Positions 10,106-19,648 of a DNA stretch of 64,000 bases are shown in pieces (the stretch's first letter is position 1; each line of letters begins with the position of its first letter). A program made the translations under genes and the position numbers. The DNA lies in NCBI GenBank assembly GCA_033764015.1, contig JANRJK010000013.1, forward strand, positions 416,001 to 480,000, given 5' to 3'. The notes under the pieces are model-generated. The model did not search any database, was not told the DNA's origin, and worked only from the letters and a program-made list of their open reading frames with translations. The stretch comes from Candidatus Sumerlaeia bacterium. Lineage in GTDB: Bacteria; Sumerlaeota; Sumerlaeia; SLMS01; JANRJK01.

Positions 10106-11070
10106 TCGACTTCGACGAGCTGGTCCCGGCCCCCATCGAGCTGTTCGGAGGCGGCGCCGATATCCATGACGTGAAGATCGGCAGCGTGTTCCGGCGCGTG
10201 GTGCGCGACACTCCGACCGAGGGGCTCCGGGTGGCGGTGATCGGCTTTCCGGTCGACGACGGCGTCCGGCGGAACCATGGCCGCCCGGGCGCGGCGCAGG
10301 CCCCCGGCGCGGTGCGGCGCGTGCTCGCGCGGCTGAACGCGCGCGACGCCTTCCGGCGGGCGATCCCCGGCGGCGTCGTGGGCGACTTCGGGAACGTGGC
10401 GCCCCGCGCGTCGCTGGAGGAGTCGCAGGAGCGCGCGGCGCGCATCGTCGCGGCGCTTCTGGGGCAGGGCCTCGCCGTGGTCCTGCTCGGCGGCGGCCAC
10501 GAGACGGCCCGCTGCCATGGCGAGGCGCTCCTCGCGCTTCCGGGGCGGTCCCATCTGCTGAACGTCGATCCGCACCTCGACGTGCGCGAGTCGGCGGACA
10601 ACCGCCCGACCTCCGGCAATCCGTTCCGGCTGGCCTTGGAGGCGGCGCGGGGGAGGCTGCGGTACACCGCGGTCGGCGCGCGCCCGGAGTTCAACGCGGC
10701 GGCCTATGCGGAGTACGTCCTGACCCGCGGCGGGACCATCTGTTGGAGCGATGGACGCGCGGATTGGCAGGCCTCCGACGCGCTGGCCCGCGAGCTCGCC
10801 CTCGGGCACGAACCCAACGCGGGCGTATCGCTCGATATCGACGCCGTGGAGAGCGGTTCCGCTCCCGGCAGCAGCGCCGCCTCGCCGACGGGCATCTCCG
10901 CGCACGAGTTCGTGGCGTGCGCGCGCGCCGCCGGCGGCGACCCGCGGGTGCGCATGCTCGAGGTGAGCGAGTTCGCCCCGCCCTACGACCGCGACGGGCA
11001 GACGGCGCGCGTGGCCGCGCTGGCGGTGCAGGCGTTCCTCTTCGCCGGAGGCGGCGCCGCGCGCCTGTGA
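10102..11070 (+). CDS. hutG: Formimidoylglutamase (arginase family)
   Basis: DDGVRRNHGRPGA, GGGHETA, DPHLDVR, SLDIDAV; ATGA overlap with hutI. Confidence 0.88.
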   Translation: MIDFDELVPAPIELFGGGADIHDVKIGSVFRRVVRDTPTEGLRVAVIGFPVDDGVRRNHGRPGAAQAPGAVRRVLARLNARDAFRRAIPGGVVGDFGNVAPRASLEESQERAARIVAALLGQGLAVVLLGGGHETARCHGEALLALPGRSHLLNVDPHLDVRESADNRPTSGNPFRLALEAARGRLRYTAVGARPEFNAAAYAEYVLTRGGTICWSDGRADWQASDALARELALGHEPNAGVSLDIDAVESGSAPGSSAASPTGISAHEFVACARAAGGDPRVRMLEVSEFAPPYDRDGQTARVAALAVQAFLFAGGGAARL

Positions 11071-11080
11071 ACGCGCCGCA

Positions 11081-11110
11081 CCGCGCCGCGTACCAAATGG
11101 TACGGCGCGG
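11081..11110. promoter_or_regulatory. Inverted repeat between hutG and the DUF1549 gene (terminator or operator)
   Basis: Core GTACCA-AA-TGGTAC with outer arms CCGCGCCG/CGGCGCGG; no U-tract. Confidence 0.35.
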
Positions 11111-11195
11111 GCGGCAATGCAAGCGGCGCGGCCCCTCCCCGCGTGGCACGCGACTGGGTAGTGCAACCCTCGCCACCACGCGCCCGGAGCGAGCC

Positions 11196-12773
11196 ATGCG
11201 AACACTCGTCACCTTCCTGCTGACACTCCTCGCCGCCTCCGCGCTCTCCGCGCAGGAGCGCCTCGACAGCGCGGGGATCGACCGCCTCATCGATGCGCGC
11301 CTCTCGGCGGAGGGCGTCGCCGCCGCACCGCCCGCCGACGACAGCGAATTCCTCAGGCGCCTCTCGCTCGACACCCGGGGCACGATCCCCAGCGTCGAGG
11401 AGACGATCGCGTTCCTCGCCGACCGCTCGCCGGAGAAGCGCGCGGAGGCGATCGAGCGCTTCCTCGCGGATCCGAAGCGCGGCGAAGCATGGGGCGCCTA
11501 CTGGGACAAAGTCCTCATCGGGAACTTCGAAGGCGCCAACAACCAGATGGTCCGGATGGGCGCTAAGTCGCTCTTCCGCGAGTGGGTCGCGGAGCAGTTC
11601 AACCAGAACACCCCCTACGACAAGTTCGCGGAGGCCATCATCACCGCCGAAGGTCAGGTGCGCGAGAGCCCGCAGGGGCTCCCCACGCTCCGCTACCGGG
11701 AAAGCGTCGCGGACCTTTCCGGCTCCATGACGCGCGTCTTCCTCGGCAAACAGGTGCAGTGCGCGCAGTGCCACAACCACCCCTACGACGAGAACCTCAC
11801 GCAGCAGGACTTCTGGGAGCTGGCGGCGTTCTTCGACCGGACCAAGGCTCGCCCGGTGAGGGACGAAAACGGCCGCTTCGCCGGGTTCAACATCTCCGAG
11901 GTTCCCCGCGGGCGCACCTTCATCCCGGACACGTCGCCCCGCGTCGAGGTGCAGCCCGTGTGGCTGGACGGCACCAAGGGTCCCATCGGGCTGGCGGCGC
12001 AACGGCGCGAGTCCTACGTCACCATGCTCACGTACCACGACCGCGAGCAGTTCGCTCGCAACATGGCGAACCGGTTGTGGGCGCACTACTTCGGGCGGGG
12101 TCTCGTCGAGCCCGTCGACGACTGGCAGAACCCCTACGCCACTCCGAGCCACCCGGAGCTGATGGAGGCGCTCGCGACCGAGTTCCTCGCAGCGGACCTC
12201 GACATCCGCCACCTCGAGCGGCTCGTCCTCAACACGCGCACCTACCAGCGCGGCTCGACGGCGGACGCGGTGCAGCGCGCCCGCGCGGACCTGTTCGCCG
12301 CGGCGCCGCTCCGCCCGCTCACCCCGGACCAGCTCTTCAACTCGATAGACGCGGCGACGAACCTCTCGTCGCTCGCGGCGAACCGGCCCGCCGCGGCGGC
12401 GTTCCCGGACGCGCTACGCCTCCGCTACCTCGCGCAGTTCACCTTCCTCTTCGACAACGACGAGATGGAGGAGGTGGACACCTTCGAGCCGAACCTGTCG
12501 CAGGCGCTCTTCATGCTCAACGACAAGACGCTCGCGCAGGCGGTGTCCAACCGCGGCGGCTCGATGATCGCGGAGATCATCGAGACGACGAAGGACCCGG
12601 GCGAGCAGGTCGCGTACCTTTTCCTGGCGGCGCTGTCGCGGCGCCCCTCGGCAGAGGAGGCCGGCGCCTACGCGGAGCTGCTGCGCTCCGCCGCGGGGAC
12701 GCAGCGCAACCGGGCGCTCGAGGACATCCTGTGGGTCCTCGTGAACTCCGCCGAGTTCCGGACCAACCATTGA
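11196..12773 (+). CDS. DUF1549/DUF1553 (PSCyt2/PSD1-type) secreted protein with one CxxCH
   Basis: Signal peptide; EFLRRLSLD.RGTIP, FLG.QVQCAQCHNHP, FARNMANRLW..YFGRGLVEPVDD, PSHPEL, NSAEF. Confidence 0.88.
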   Translation: MRTLVTFLLTLLAASALSAQERLDSAGIDRLIDARLSAEGVAAAPPADDSEFLRRLSLDTRGTIPSVEETIAFLADRSPEKRAEAIERFLADPKRGEAWGAYWDKVLIGNFEGANNQMVRMGAKSLFREWVAEQFNQNTPYDKFAEAIITAEGQVRESPQGLPTLRYRESVADLSGSMTRVFLGKQVQCAQCHNHPYDENLTQQDFWELAAFFDRTKARPVRDENGRFAGFNISEVPRGRTFIPDTSPRVEVQPVWLDGTKGPIGLAAQRRESYVTMLTYHDREQFARNMANRLWAHYFGRGLVEPVDDWQNPYATPSHPELMEALATEFLAADLDIRHLERLVLNTRTYQRGSTADAVQRARADLFAAAPLRPLTPDQLFNSIDAATNLSSLAANRPAAAAFPDALRLRYLAQFTFLFDNDEMEEVDTFEPNLSQALFMLNDKTLAQAVSNRGGSMIAEIIETTKDPGEQVAYLFLAALSRRPSAEEAGAYAELLRSAAGTQRNRALEDILWVLVNSAEFRTNH

Positions 12774-12802
12774 CAATGTCAACGAACGAAGGAGGAGCAG
12801 CC

Positions 12803-14158
12803 ATGGGCCACGCGCACGACGACCACCACTGCCATTCGCCGGAGCACGACGCGGGCGTCTCCTCGCGGCGCACCTTCCTCAAGCGCGCCATCGGCGCGTG
12901 GCTCGGGATGTCGCTCGCCTCGCCGATGCTCGGGCTGTTCGACCAGGGTACGGGGGGCGGACTGAGCGGCCTCTGGACGCCGGCCGCCTCCGCGGCGGAG
13001 GGCGCCGCGCCGAAGGCCGTCCGATCCGTGGTGCTGCTCTGGATGGACGGCGGCCCCTCGCAGCTAGACACCTTCGATCCCAAGCCCGGCGCCCCGACCG
13101 CGGGGCAGTTCCGCGCGATGAAGACCGCGCTCCCCGGGGCGCTCTTCACCGAGCACCTGGAGCGCACCGCATCCATCGCGGACCGCCTTTGCGTTGTCCG
13201 CTCCATGTCCACCAAGGAAGGCAACCACTCGCGCGCGAAGCACTACCTCCGCACCGGCTACGCGCCGACCGGCCCGGTGGCGTTTCCGGGCATGGGCTCG
13301 ATGGTGGCCTCGCAGCTCGCCGCGGAGTCCTCCGCGAAGATCCCGATGAACGTCTCGATCAACGCGCCGGGCACCGGAAGCGGCTGGCTCGGCGTCCAGT
13401 ACGACCCCTTCCACGTGCAGAACGCCGGGCGCCCGGTGCAGAACCTCGCGCTGCCCAAGGGCGTCGCGGAGGAGCGCTTCGAACGGCGCATGGCGCTGCT
13501 GGCGGAGCAGCAGGAGCGCTTCGCCCAGCGGCTCGGCAGCGCGAAGTCGGTGCGCAACCTGCAGGAGGTGAACGAGGCGGCGCGCGCGTTCATGGAGGCC
13601 CCGGAGGCGGACGCCTTCGACATCTCGCAGGAGCCCGACACGGTCAGGGACGCCTACGGCCGCAACAAGTTCGGCGAGGGCTGCCTGATGGCGCGGCGCC
13701 TTGTGCAGCGCGGCGTGAAGTTCGTCGAGGTCTCGCTCGGCGGCTGGGACACGCACGAGGACAACTTCACCCGCGTGAAGGAGAACCTCGGCCAACTCGA
13801 TCCGGGGCTGTGGTCGCTGGTGCTTGACCTCGAGACGAAGGGGCTGCTCGACACGACGCTGGTGGTCTGCATGGGCGAGTTCGGCCGCACGCCGCGCCTC
13901 AACCCGCGGGAGGGCCGCGACCACTTCCCGCGCGCCTGGAGCGCGGTCCTCGCCGGCGGGGGAGTGCGCCCCGGCGTCGTCGGCGCGACCAGCGACGACG
14001 GGTCGGAAGTCGTGTCGCGAAAGACCTCGGTGGAAGACCTCTACCGGACGATTTACACGCGGCTGGCGATTTCGCCGGACCAGGTGTGGGACACGCCTTC
14101 CGGCCGCCCGATCAAGACCGTGAACGGCGGCGAAGTGATCCGCGAAGTGCTGGGATAG
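12803..14158 (+). CDS. DUF1501-family Tat-exported protein
   Basis: GGAGGA SD; Tat motif SRRTFLK; WMDGGPSQLDTFDPKP, CLMARRLV.RGVKFVEV, GWDTH, GEFGRTP, GRDH. Confidence 0.9.
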   Translation: MGHAHDDHHCHSPEHDAGVSSRRTFLKRAIGAWLGMSLASPMLGLFDQGTGGGLSGLWTPAASAAEGAAPKAVRSVVLLWMDGGPSQLDTFDPKPGAPTAGQFRAMKTALPGALFTEHLERTASIADRLCVVRSMSTKEGNHSRAKHYLRTGYAPTGPVAFPGMGSMVASQLAAESSAKIPMNVSINAPGTGSGWLGVQYDPFHVQNAGRPVQNLALPKGVAEERFERRMALLAEQQERFAQRLGSAKSVRNLQEVNEAARAFMEAPEADAFDISQEPDTVRDAYGRNKFGEGCLMARRLVQRGVKFVEVSLGGWDTHEDNFTRVKENLGQLDPGLWSLVLDLETKGLLDTTLVVCMGEFGRTPRLNPREGRDHFPRAWSAVLAGGGVRPGVVGATSDDGSEVVSRKTSVEDLYRTIYTRLAISPDQVWDTPSGRPIKTVNGGEVIREVLG

Positions 14159-14165
14159 CGGCCGG

Positions 14166-14957
14166 CTACTCTCCGAGCAGGTCGCCGAGGATCGCGACCG
14201 CGTCGTTGGACGGCATGGGCGGGGCGGGGCGCCCGAAGAAGTACCCCTGGCCAAGGTAGCCGCCGGCGAAGGTCACGATGGAAAGCATCTGCATGTCTTC
14301 GATCCCTTCGACGACGAGCGTGTAACCAAGGCTTTCCTGGCAGCGCGCGAAGGTGCTGATGGTGCGCGCCGCCTCGACCGGGGTCATCGCCTCGAAGACC
14401 GACTTGTCGATCTTGATGTAGTCGGGCCGCACCCGCAGGTGGCGGTGCGTCAGGTCCTTGGGCATCAAGTCGTCAAGCGCGATGCGGATGCCCTCGGCCT
14501 TGATGCGTTCGAAGAGCGGCTGCAGCTCGGCCAGCTCGGCGGTGGTGGCGCTCTCGTGGATCTCGAGGACCACGTGGCGCGTCTCGCCGAGGAGCGGGCG
14601 CAGCTTCGAGACTACATAGTCTAGCCCGCCCTCCTCGAGGAGCGTCATCGCATAGACGTTGAGGAAGATGTTGGTGGTGCGGGAGAGCGTGGCGGCGGTG
14701 GCGGTGGTCTGGGCCAGGCAGCGGCGGTCGAACGCGGTGAGGATCCCGGTCGCGCGCGCCAGTTCGAGGAGTCCTGCGGGCGCCTGGACGTTCCCCTCGT
14801 GGAGACCCCGGACGAGGACTTCGAAACCCCACACATCGTTCCGGCGGAGGTCGTGGATCGGCATCACGTGGGCGGTGAGGCCCATGCGCAGGAGGTCCGG
14901 GCGCTCGGGGAGGGCGCCGTTGACTCCGCTTTCCAGCTCGCGCAGTGGCTCGTTCAT
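14166..14957 (-). CDS. Stand-alone EAL-domain protein
   Basis: GFEVLVR, FLNV, LEIHE, IALDD, YIKIDKS, VVEGIED, QGYFFGRP. Confidence 0.85.
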   Translation of the reverse strand: MNEPLRELESGVNGALPERPDLLRMGLTAHVMPIHDLRRNDVWGFEVLVRGLHEGNVQAPAGLLELARATGILTAFDRRCLAQTTATAATLSRTTNIFLNVYAMTLLEEGGLDYVVSKLRPLLGETRHVVLEIHESATTAELAELQPLFERIKAEGIRIALDDLMPKDLTHRHLRVRPDYIKIDKSVFEAMTPVEAARTISTFARCQESLGYTLVVEGIEDMQMLSIVTFAGGYLGQGYFFGRPAPPMPSNDAVAILGDLLGE

Positions 14958-15178
14958 CCTCGATACGCCGTTGGGGGAGTCCGCCCGGTTAGCTTCGCAG
15001 CACGCTTATGGTTGTTGCGGCGGGCGGTCCAAATCTCAACCCGGAAATTCGGGTTGTTCATTTTCTTGGAATTCGGATGTTGCGCCGCGTTGTGACGGCC
15101 CGTCGGCTCCGACGATCCAAGGGGGAGTAGCTGGTGCGGGGCGGAGGGATTGGCACCGCTAAAGCGATTGCGCCCGGG

Positions 15179-15775
15179 TCAGCCGGAGAATGCGGCGTCC
15201 ACCGCTTCGCACCAGGCATGGTAGATCATCAGGTGGAGTTCCTGGATCCGGGCGGTTTCGCCATGGGGAACCCGGACCGCCACGTCCACGAGTTCCGCGC
15301 ATCCTTCCGCGGACTTGCCGACGAGCGCGATGCGGCCCATCCCTAGGGGGGCGGCGGCTCGGAACGCCTCGAGGACGTTCCGTGAGGAGCCGCTTGTGCT
15401 GATTCCCACGAGCAAGTCCCCGCGGGCGCCGAACGCCTCCACCTGCCGTGCGAACACGCGTTCGTAGCCGAAGTCGTTCGCGACACTTGTCAGGATCGAG
15501 CTGTCGGTCGTCAGGGCGATGGCGGGGAGCGCTCGCCGCGACTTGCCGACGAAGCGTCCGACGATCTCGGCGGCGAGATGCTGCGCGTCCGCGGCGCTGC
15601 CGCCATTGCCGCAGATCAAGATCTTCCCCCCGGATAGCAGCGTCTCGACGAGGAGCGCCCCGGCCGCCGCCGCCTGCTCCGGCCCTCCGGAAGCGGCGAA
15701 CTCGTCGAGGGCGCGGCGGTGTTCCGCGGAGACGCGCGCCAGCGCGTCGGCCACCGTCGTCTTGGCGCGGCTCAT
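15179..15775 (-). CDS. gmhA: D-sedoheptulose-7-phosphate isomerase
   Basis: CGNGGSAADAQH, ANDFGY, ISTSGSS.NV, IQELH. Confidence 0.93.
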   Translation of the reverse strand: MSRAKTTVADALARVSAEHRRALDEFAASGGPEQAAAAGALLVETLLSGGKILICGNGGSAADAQHLAAEIVGRFVGKSRRALPAIALTTDSSILTSVANDFGYERVFARQVEAFGARGDLLVGISTSGSSRNVLEAFRAAAPLGMGRIALVGKSAEGCAELVDVAVRVPHGETARIQELHLMIYHAWCEAVDAAFSG

Positions 15776-16791
15776 GGGGAGGGGGTCCGTTCCTCGGCGA
15801 GCAGCTCCCGGGCGATCTCCGACCGGTCCACCGTGGCGACTCCCACCTTGCCGACCACGATCCCCGAGGCGGTGTTCCCCAGATGCGCCGCGGCTTCCAG
15901 ACTGCCGCCGCCAAGGCGGGCAAGCGTGCTGACGGCGATGAAGGTGTCGCCCGCGCCGGTCACGTCGAAGACTTCACGCGCCCTCGCGGGCAGGTGCACC
16001 GCCGCGCCGCGCTTCGGAAAGACCGAGACTCCCTTCGGGCCGCGGGTGATGAAGACGGCCTCCGCGCGGACCTGGCGGAGCAGCCGGCGCCCCGCCTCCG
16101 CGAGCGCCGCCTCGTCCGCGATCAGCACGCCGCTCGCCTCCTGCGCCTCCTTCTGGTTCGGAGTCAGGTAGGTCGCGCCCTCGTAGCGCCGGTAGTCGTA
16201 GCCCTTCGGATCGACGAAGACCGGCTTGCCTGCGTCGCGGGCGAGCGCAAGCAGCCCGGGCAGCACCTCGGGGCCGAGCACGCCCTTGCCGTAGTCGCTG
16301 ACAATCACGCCGTCCACGCGGCGGAGCGCCGACTGCGCCGCCGCGCGGAGTTTCTTCGCGACGGCCGCGGACGCGGGCGCGGCGATCTCGCGGTCGAGTC
16401 GGAGCATCTGCTGACCACCCGCCACGCAGCGCGTCTTACGCGTGGTGGGGCGGGCCGGATCGCGCACGAGCCGCGCCTGGAGCCGCCCGGATACCGCCGC
16501 CAGCTCCTCGAGCCGGGAGGCGAAGGTGTCCTCCCCGCAGAGGCCAACGAGTTCGACCCGGGCGCCCAGCGCGGCGAGGTTCTGCGCCACGTTGCCGGCG
16601 CCCCCCAGCAGGTATTCGTCCTGCTCGACCGTGAGGACCGGGACGGGCGCTTCCGGCGAGACGCGCGTGACCACGCCCCGGACGTAGTGGTCGAGGATCA
16701 CATCGCCGACGACGAGGACGCGGCGCTCGGCGAACGTCTCGAGGAGCGCGGCGAGGCTGGGGGCGGTGGTGTCCGGAGAGTGTCTGGGCAA
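15772..16791 (-). CDS. rfaE1: D-glycero-beta-D-manno-heptose-7-phosphate kinase (RfaE domain I only)
   Basis: VGDVILD, RVSPEAPVPV, GGAGNVA, SDYGKG, TPN, DVTGAGD; start codon uncertain. Confidence 0.9.
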   Translation of the reverse strand: MPRHSPDTTAPSLAALLETFAERRVLVVGDVILDHYVRGVVTRVSPEAPVPVLTVEQDEYLLGGAGNVAQNLAALGARVELVGLCGEDTFASRLEELAAVSGRLQARLVRDPARPTTRKTRCVAGGQQMLRLDREIAAPASAAVAKKLRAAAQSALRRVDGVIVSDYGKGVLGPEVLPGLLALARDAGKPVFVDPKGYDYRRYEGATYLTPNQKEAQEASGVLIADEAALAEAGRRLLRQVRAEAVFITRGPKGVSVFPKRGAAVHLPARAREVFDVTGAGDTFIAVSTLARLGGGSLEAAAHLGNTASGIVVGKVGVATVDRSEIARELLAEERTPSP

Positions 16792-16849
16792 TGGCTCGGG
16801 CCCGTGTGGAGTGCCAAGCGACCAAGCGGGCCAGCGGGGCCGCGGAGCC

Positions 16850-17230
16850 TCAAGGAGAAACGCCGCTGTCGCTCGAACGCGCCTCGAGGATCGCCAGCAG
16901 GTCCGGGATCTTGAAGGGCCGCGGAAGCGGATGAACCCCCTGAGGGATCTCGTGCTCGCCGTGGATCGCGTGCGCGGTGCAGAACGGTGTGGTGATCACG
17001 ACCGCCGTCCCCGCGGCGACCTCGTCGATGTGCCCCTTGATGTCCCGCTCGAAGAAGCGCAGGTCGGCCACGATCGCGCCCAGGCGCCTCGGCCCGCGGC
17101 GGATCGCCTCCGAGAGCGACTCCTCCGGACGGTGCACCTCGACATCGTAGCCCTCGCGCGCGAGCGACCGCCGGAGCACTTCCCTCAACACGGGATCGTC
17201 TTCGCAGAGCAGAACCGTCTTCGCACCCAT
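16850..17230 (-). CDS. Single-domain receiver-like protein
   Basis: VLLCEDD..LR, IVADL; the KPF motif reads RPF. Confidence 0.65.
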   Translation of the reverse strand: MGAKTVLLCEDDPVLREVLRRSLAREGYDVEVHRPEESLSEAIRRGPRRLGAIVADLRFFERDIKGHIDEVAAGTAVVITTPFCTAHAIHGEHEIPQGVHPLPRPFKIPDLLAILEARSSDSGVSP

Positions 17231-17321
17231 CGTCGCCGCCCCTTGCATCATCGCTAACCCAAGCGCCCCGCATCCGCAACCGGAGAGCAGTACACGCGCA
17301 GGCTCCTTGGGATCCGAAGCG

Positions 17322-18029
17322 CTACAGCCAGCGCTCGAACCATTCGACTGTGCGCCGCCAGCACTCGGCCCAATCGTCCCCGCGCATCATGTGGCCCGAC
17401 TCGGGGTACTCGATGTAGGCGTGGCGGTCGGGGTCGCCGAACTGCTCTGCGAGGCTCCGATGGAAGTCCCTCGCCCGGTCCGGCGGAACCAGATCGTCGC
17501 GTCCGGCGGTCTGCGACAGGAGGGCGGGCGCGCGGAAGCGCTCGATCCGGTCGGCGGGGGAGGGCAGGGGGTCGTTCCAGCGGGGCGAGCCCAGCACCGC
17601 GACGGCGGCCTTGAAGCGGGGCTCGATCACCAGCGCCTGATAGGCGAGGTGGCCGCCCATGGAGATTCCGCAGACGCCGAGCCGGTCCTCGTAGGCGGCG
17701 CGCTCCGCGATCAGTTCGTTGAGCAGCCCCGGGATTTCGGCGGCGCCTCTGCGGATCGCGTCGTGGAAGCGCTCGCGGAAGTCCGGCGCCTCCGGATCGA
17801 GGTGCCGGCGGGTCTCCTCCGTCGAGCGCTCGCCGTGCCCCCACTGGTCGACGCCGACGGCGAGGAAGCCCGCGCGCGCCAGCGCCTCGAGCTCCGCGAG
17901 GTTCGCGTCCTTGTGCGACCAGAGGCCGTGGTACATGAGCACCGTGCCGCGGCGGGCGGCGTCGCGGGCGCCACCCTCGGAGAGGAGCAGCAGCCGCGAT
18001 TCGTCGAGTTGGATTCGCTGGATCAGCAT
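17322..18029 (-). CDS. Alpha/beta-hydrolase (esterase/peptidase S9-like)
   Basis: YHG, GHGER, nucleophile GISMGG, GRDDLVP, SGH. Confidence 0.85.
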   Translation of the reverse strand: MLIQRIQLDESRLLLLSEGGARDAARRGTVLMYHGLWSHKDANLAELEALARAGFLAVGVDQWGHGERSTEETRRHLDPEAPDFRERFHDAIRRGAAEIPGLLNELIAERAAYEDRLGVCGISMGGHLAYQALVIEPRFKAAVAVLGSPRWNDPLPSPADRIERFRAPALLSQTAGRDDLVPPDRARDFHRSLAEQFGDPDRHAYIEYPESGHMMRGDDWAECWRRTVEWFERWL

Positions 18030-18047
18030 GGTCGGGCCGGGGCGCCG

Positions 18048-18569
18048 CTACTCGGACTCGACCACGGCCTCGGAATGGACGCGGAAGCCCTCGAGCGCCT
18101 TGCGGCCGGGGAGGAAGCCGAGCTCGATGAGGAACCAGATCTCGTCCACTTCCGCGCCGAGCTCCTTCACCAGCTCCGCGGCCGCGCGCGCGGTTCCGCC
18201 GGTCGCGAGCAAGTCGTCCACCAGCACCACGCGGTCCCCGGGGCCGAGCGCGTCCTCGTGCACCTCGATGGTGGCCTCGCCGTACTCCAGGGAGTAGGAG
18301 CGGCGGCGCGTCTTCGCGGGCAGTTTGCCCGCCTTGCGGATCGGCACGAAGCCGAGGCCGAGCGAATGCGCCAGCACCGCGCCGAACAGGAACCCGCGGG
18401 ATTCGACGCCGACGACCTTCGTCAGGCCGCGTCCGCCGTAGCGCTCCTCCATGCCGGCGATGACGGCGGCGAACGCCTCCGGGTCGGCCAGCAGCGAGGT
18501 GATGTCCTTGAACATGATCCCGGGCTTGGGGAAGTCGGGGATCGTGCGGACCTTCGAGAGGATGTCCAT
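18048..18569 (-). CDS. apt: Adenine phosphoribosyltransferase
   Basis: DFPKPGI.FKDIT, ESRGF, RKAGKLP, YSLEYG, VDDLLATGGT. Confidence 0.96.
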   Translation of the reverse strand: MDILSKVRTIPDFPKPGIMFKDITSLLADPEAFAAVIAGMEERYGGRGLTKVVGVESRGFLFGAVLAHSLGLGFVPIRKAGKLPAKTRRRSYSLEYGEATIEVHEDALGPGDRVVLVDDLLATGGTARAAAELVKELGAEVDEIWFLIELGFLPGRKALEGFRVHSEAVVESE

Positions 18570-18583
18570 GCGTTGCGGACCTT

Positions 18584-19570
18584 TCAGGAGTGGCGGACCA
18601 GCCAGCCTTGGAAACCGAGGCCGTCGAGGAACCGCGCCGCGTCGTCGGCGCCGGCGTCGGAGAGCAATTCCACCGCGTGGAGCCAGGGGAGCAACGCCTC
18701 GATGAGCTGCCGGGACTCGAAGCCGGGCTTCGGCGCCGCGGCGTCCCAACGGAGCAGGACGCCTGCGCGCGCGGGGGGCGCCTGCGCGAGGAAGCGGAAC
18801 ATGCCGAGCAGCTCGTCCTCGCTGAACGCGCGCATGCGCAACTCGCCGCAGATGCGGTAGCCGTCCGCGTGCGCCGCGGGGCCCCACTCCTTGAACAGCA
18901 GCGAGAGGCGCTCCCGGCCCTCCGCCGTCGAAGGATCCGCCGGCATGGAGAGCGCGCGTGGGCGAAGGTACTCGGTGTTGGAGCGCATCATCCGGTCGGA
19001 GAAGAAGAGGCGGAGCTCGGAGAGGTCGAAGTCCAGCGACAGGGCGAGCGTCGCCTTCCCACCCTGCGCCATGAGCCTGCGGTACTCCTTCAGCTGGCCC
19101 TGCGACAGCGCTCCGGGGTTCGCGCGCAGGAGCACATCCTGTCCCGGGTGGTCCGTCAGCGCGACCGGCTCGAAGGTGGCGTCCAACTCCATGGCGACAA
19201 CGACGCCCCGGAGGCCGGCCCTGGGCGGAACGGGCGCCGCTGGCGCGGGCGCGGCGGCGTCGAGCGGTGCGGGGCGGAAGGGCGGCAGGGGGCGTTCCGA
19301 AAGGCGCAGCACGCGCGCGGGCGCGCTGTCGGCGGCGAGCGAGGCGTCCTCGCCCGCGGGAAGCAGGGCCATCTGGCCCGCGCCGATGTGGTCCTGCCCG
19401 CCTCCGCGGCGCAGCAACGCCGTCCCTTCCACCACGAGAATGTACTGCGGGGCGTCGGAGCGGAGCGGAATCGCCGCCGAGCCCGGCGCCGGGCGCAGCT
19501 CCTCCACCGCGTCGACCGCGGCCCATCCGGGCCGCAGCCATTGGTGCCGGTCGAAGGGAAAGACGTTCAT
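18584..19570 (-). CDS. Hypothetical protein with a possible N-terminal cupin-like domain
   Basis: ILVVEG.A....G...HIGAGQMALLPAG resembles a cupin; fills the gap on the coding strand. Confidence 0.55.
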   Translation of the reverse strand: MNVFPFDRHQWLRPGWAAVDAVEELRPAPGSAAIPLRSDAPQYILVVEGTALLRRGGGQDHIGAGQMALLPAGEDASLAADSAPARVLRLSERPLPPFRPAPLDAAAPAPAAPVPPRAGLRGVVVAMELDATFEPVALTDHPGQDVLLRANPGALSQGQLKEYRRLMAQGGKATLALSLDFDLSELRLFFSDRMMRSNTEYLRPRALSMPADPSTAEGRERLSLLFKEWGPAAHADGYRICGELRMRAFSEDELLGMFRFLAQAPPARAGVLLRWDAAAPKPGFESRQLIEALLPWLHAVELLSDAGADDAARFLDGLGFQGWLVRHS

Positions 19571-19648
19571 GGTCTGGTCGTTACCGTGCGTCACTTGGAC
19601 CGGAGCGCCGGCGCAGGTGTCAACCGGGTCGGCTACCCCGGGTGATCG

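Noticed and set aside
11144..11158. TGGCACG upstream of the DUF1549 gene as a sigma-54 promoter
   Set aside because: The -12 position reads TGGG, lacking the required GC
15151..15165. TGGCAC-N7-GC sigma-54-like motif
   Set aside because: Points antisense into the gmhA 3' end and has a poor -12 element
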